Source: Wolbachia endosymbiont of Dirofilaria (Dirofilaria) immitis (GTDB lineage: Bacteria; Pseudomonadota; Alphaproteobacteria; Rickettsiales; Anaplasmataceae). Taken from it: 32,000 nt of DNA. The notes beneath the pieces were generated by a model that had not been told where the DNA came from, ran no database searches, and saw only the letters and a program-made list of their open reading frames with translations. The stretch is from assembly GCF_013365455.1 (NCBI RefSeq), contig NZ_CP046578.1, forward strand, positions 90,001 to 122,000, read 5' to 3'. Within the stretch, counting starts at the first letter, position 1. Each line of letters begins with the position of its first letter. This document shows, in pieces, positions 30,244 to 32,000 of this stretch. The position numbers were made by a program, and so were the translations under genes.

Positions 30244-31671
30244 ATGAAATCTTATAAGCTCTTAGAGGAAGTATTGTGTAGGGTAGGAAGTATTGAAAAT
30301 ACACTAAAAGTGTTAAGCCAAAGTCAGTTGAATATAGAAGATAAAATTGAGCAAATTGGTCTCCTAGAAGAAATTAGACATGAAATTATTTCTCACAGTA
30401 TAATAAGGGAATTATTAATAGAAGCAGGTGCTTTTAATAGTGAAAGGAGTGCTAACAATTGGCAACTGAAGTTAATAGAAAGGATGCATAAAGGTAGTAG
30501 TGCTATCTCCATTGATTTAGTGAGATCCTTATCGAAAGCTAAAGTTGAGTGCCAGAATTTATGTAAGTTATCTAAGTCTGAGGCTAGTAATTTGGGGAAA
30601 TTGAAAAGACGCTTTGCTGATTTAATTAAGCTAATTCGTGAAGTAGCTTCTATAAAATCGCAGCAGTTGAAATGTTTGAAGTATGATTCATTACTTGCTG
30701 ACTATGATTTTGATATTACAGAAAAGAATATAAGGGAAACATTTCCTAGGATAGGCAAGTTTTTTAGTAGAAATGTAGATAAAGTAATTGAAAAGCAGAA
30801 GAAAGGTAAAGTTATTAATATACAGAAAGTTACTGCTCGGAAGCAAATTGAACTTGGCTCACTATGTTTACAGCAAATAGGTGGTACATCATACCATCCT
30901 TCTTATTATGACCCTATAGATTATAACGAATCTGACTTTTGTTACGGTTTGTTCTTACTTTTACGGCGTAGTGGTTATGAGATTTATCAAAAGCATTTAG
31001 CACAAAATTCTATAAATAATTTTATTGCAAAACATATTATGTATGAAACTCAAGGGTTATTCATGGAAAAAATGATTGGAACATCTAGAGAATTTATTGA
31101 GTTTATTCAACCGTACATAAAAGAGAAATTTGCTGTGAGAGATAAAATTAGTGCAAAAGCTAGCAGCATTGAGAATTTATACTTGATTTTTAATAAAGTA
31201 AATCTTTCTTCTCCTTTGAAAAATGCAGATGAATTTACTCTGCTAGCTCACATTATGCTAAGAACTAGATTGGAACAGAATATGATAAATGGTACTTTAG
31301 AGGTAGAAGATTTGCACGATGCATGGTTGGAAGGTATGAAGCACTATAAAATTCCGGTAAAAGCTAAAAATGAGCTAGATACTTGTTTTCAAGATGAATA
31401 TTGGGCAAGAGGAATTATAGGGTATTTTCCTATTAAAGTGATGGCTTTAATTACTGCTGTACAGATTTTTTCTTTTATTAAAAGGAATCATTATGAGATT
31501 CTGGGTGCTATAATAAAGGGAGATTTTAGTTTACTTATTAAGTGGTTGTCTAAAAATATGTGCAGTACAAAGTATGGTTCTTTAGGTCTGCTAAAAAGAG
31601 TAACGGGCAAGGGATTAGATGTTGAGTGCTGTACTAGCTACTTATCTGAAAAGTATGATTTACCTCAATAA
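30244..31671 (+). CDS. M32 (carboxypeptidase Taq)-like protein with the HEXXH zinc site replaced; probable non-catalytic homologue
   Basis: Colinear with the M32 motifs as I recall them: HPF -> HPS, DxRxT -> DPIDY, HExxH -> RRSGY, HESQS -> YETQG, IRxEADE -> LKNADEF, QDxHW..GYFP -> QDEYW..GYFP. The frame is uninterrupted for 475 aa. Confidence 0.7.
   Translation: MKSYKLLEEVLCRVGSIENTLKVLSQSQLNIEDKIEQIGLLEEIRHEIISHSIIRELLIEAGAFNSERSANNWQLKLIERMHKGSSAISIDLVRSLSKAKVECQNLCKLSKSEASNLGKLKRRFADLIKLIREVASIKSQQLKCLKYDSLLADYDFDITEKNIRETFPRIGKFFSRNVDKVIEKQKKGKVINIQKVTARKQIELGSLCLQQIGGTSYHPSYYDPIDYNESDFCYGLFLLLRRSGYEIYQKHLAQNSINNFIAKHIMYETQGLFMEKMIGTSREFIEFIQPYIKEKFAVRDKISAKASSIENLYLIFNKVNLSSPLKNADEFTLLAHIMLRTRLEQNMINGTLEVEDLHDAWLEGMKHYKIPVKAKNELDTCFQDEYWARGIIGYFPIKVMALITAVQIFSFIKRNHYEILGAIIKGDFSLLIKWLSKNMCSTKYGSLGLLKRVTGKGLDVECCTSYLSEKYDLPQ

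Positions 31672-32000
<329 letters not shown>

Overview
AT-rich chromosomal segment from an obligate intracellular alphaproteobacterium of the Anaplasmataceae. The FtsZ sequence matches my recollection of Wolbachia FtsZ closely, and ctrA, ALA synthase (hemA), pal, tilS-ftsH and a type-A RNase P RNA fit that assignment. This is recollection, not a database search. The content is housekeeping genes: ftsZ, ybeY, sdhB, a PAS sensor remnant, a GNAT acetyltransferase, pgpA, gpsA, ctrA, rnpB, bcp, rimM, efp, an IMPase/SuhB-like protein, hemA, a Ser/Thr/Gln-rich membrane protein, htpG, a HAD phosphatase, an RDD protein, SURF1, ftsH, tilS, pal, an M32-carboxypeptidase-like protein and the 5' end of mreB. 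I found no tRNA, rRNA, CRISPR array, transposase, phage module or defence island, and no coherent novel multi-gene system. What stands out is genome erosion. By my own coordinates about 20.6 kb is assigned to genes or RNA. About 9.6 kb sits in six blocks of 0.6-2.4 kb that are dense with stops in all six frames. Several retained genes carry unusual lesions. ftsZ is split by a frameshift in an A8 run. bcp has ATA at its start position. A PAS sensor ends where a kinase domain would begin. Two enzyme homologues (IMPase-like, M32-like) keep long open frames but have lost their catalytic motifs. A few long perfect palindromes lie in the eroded spacers.
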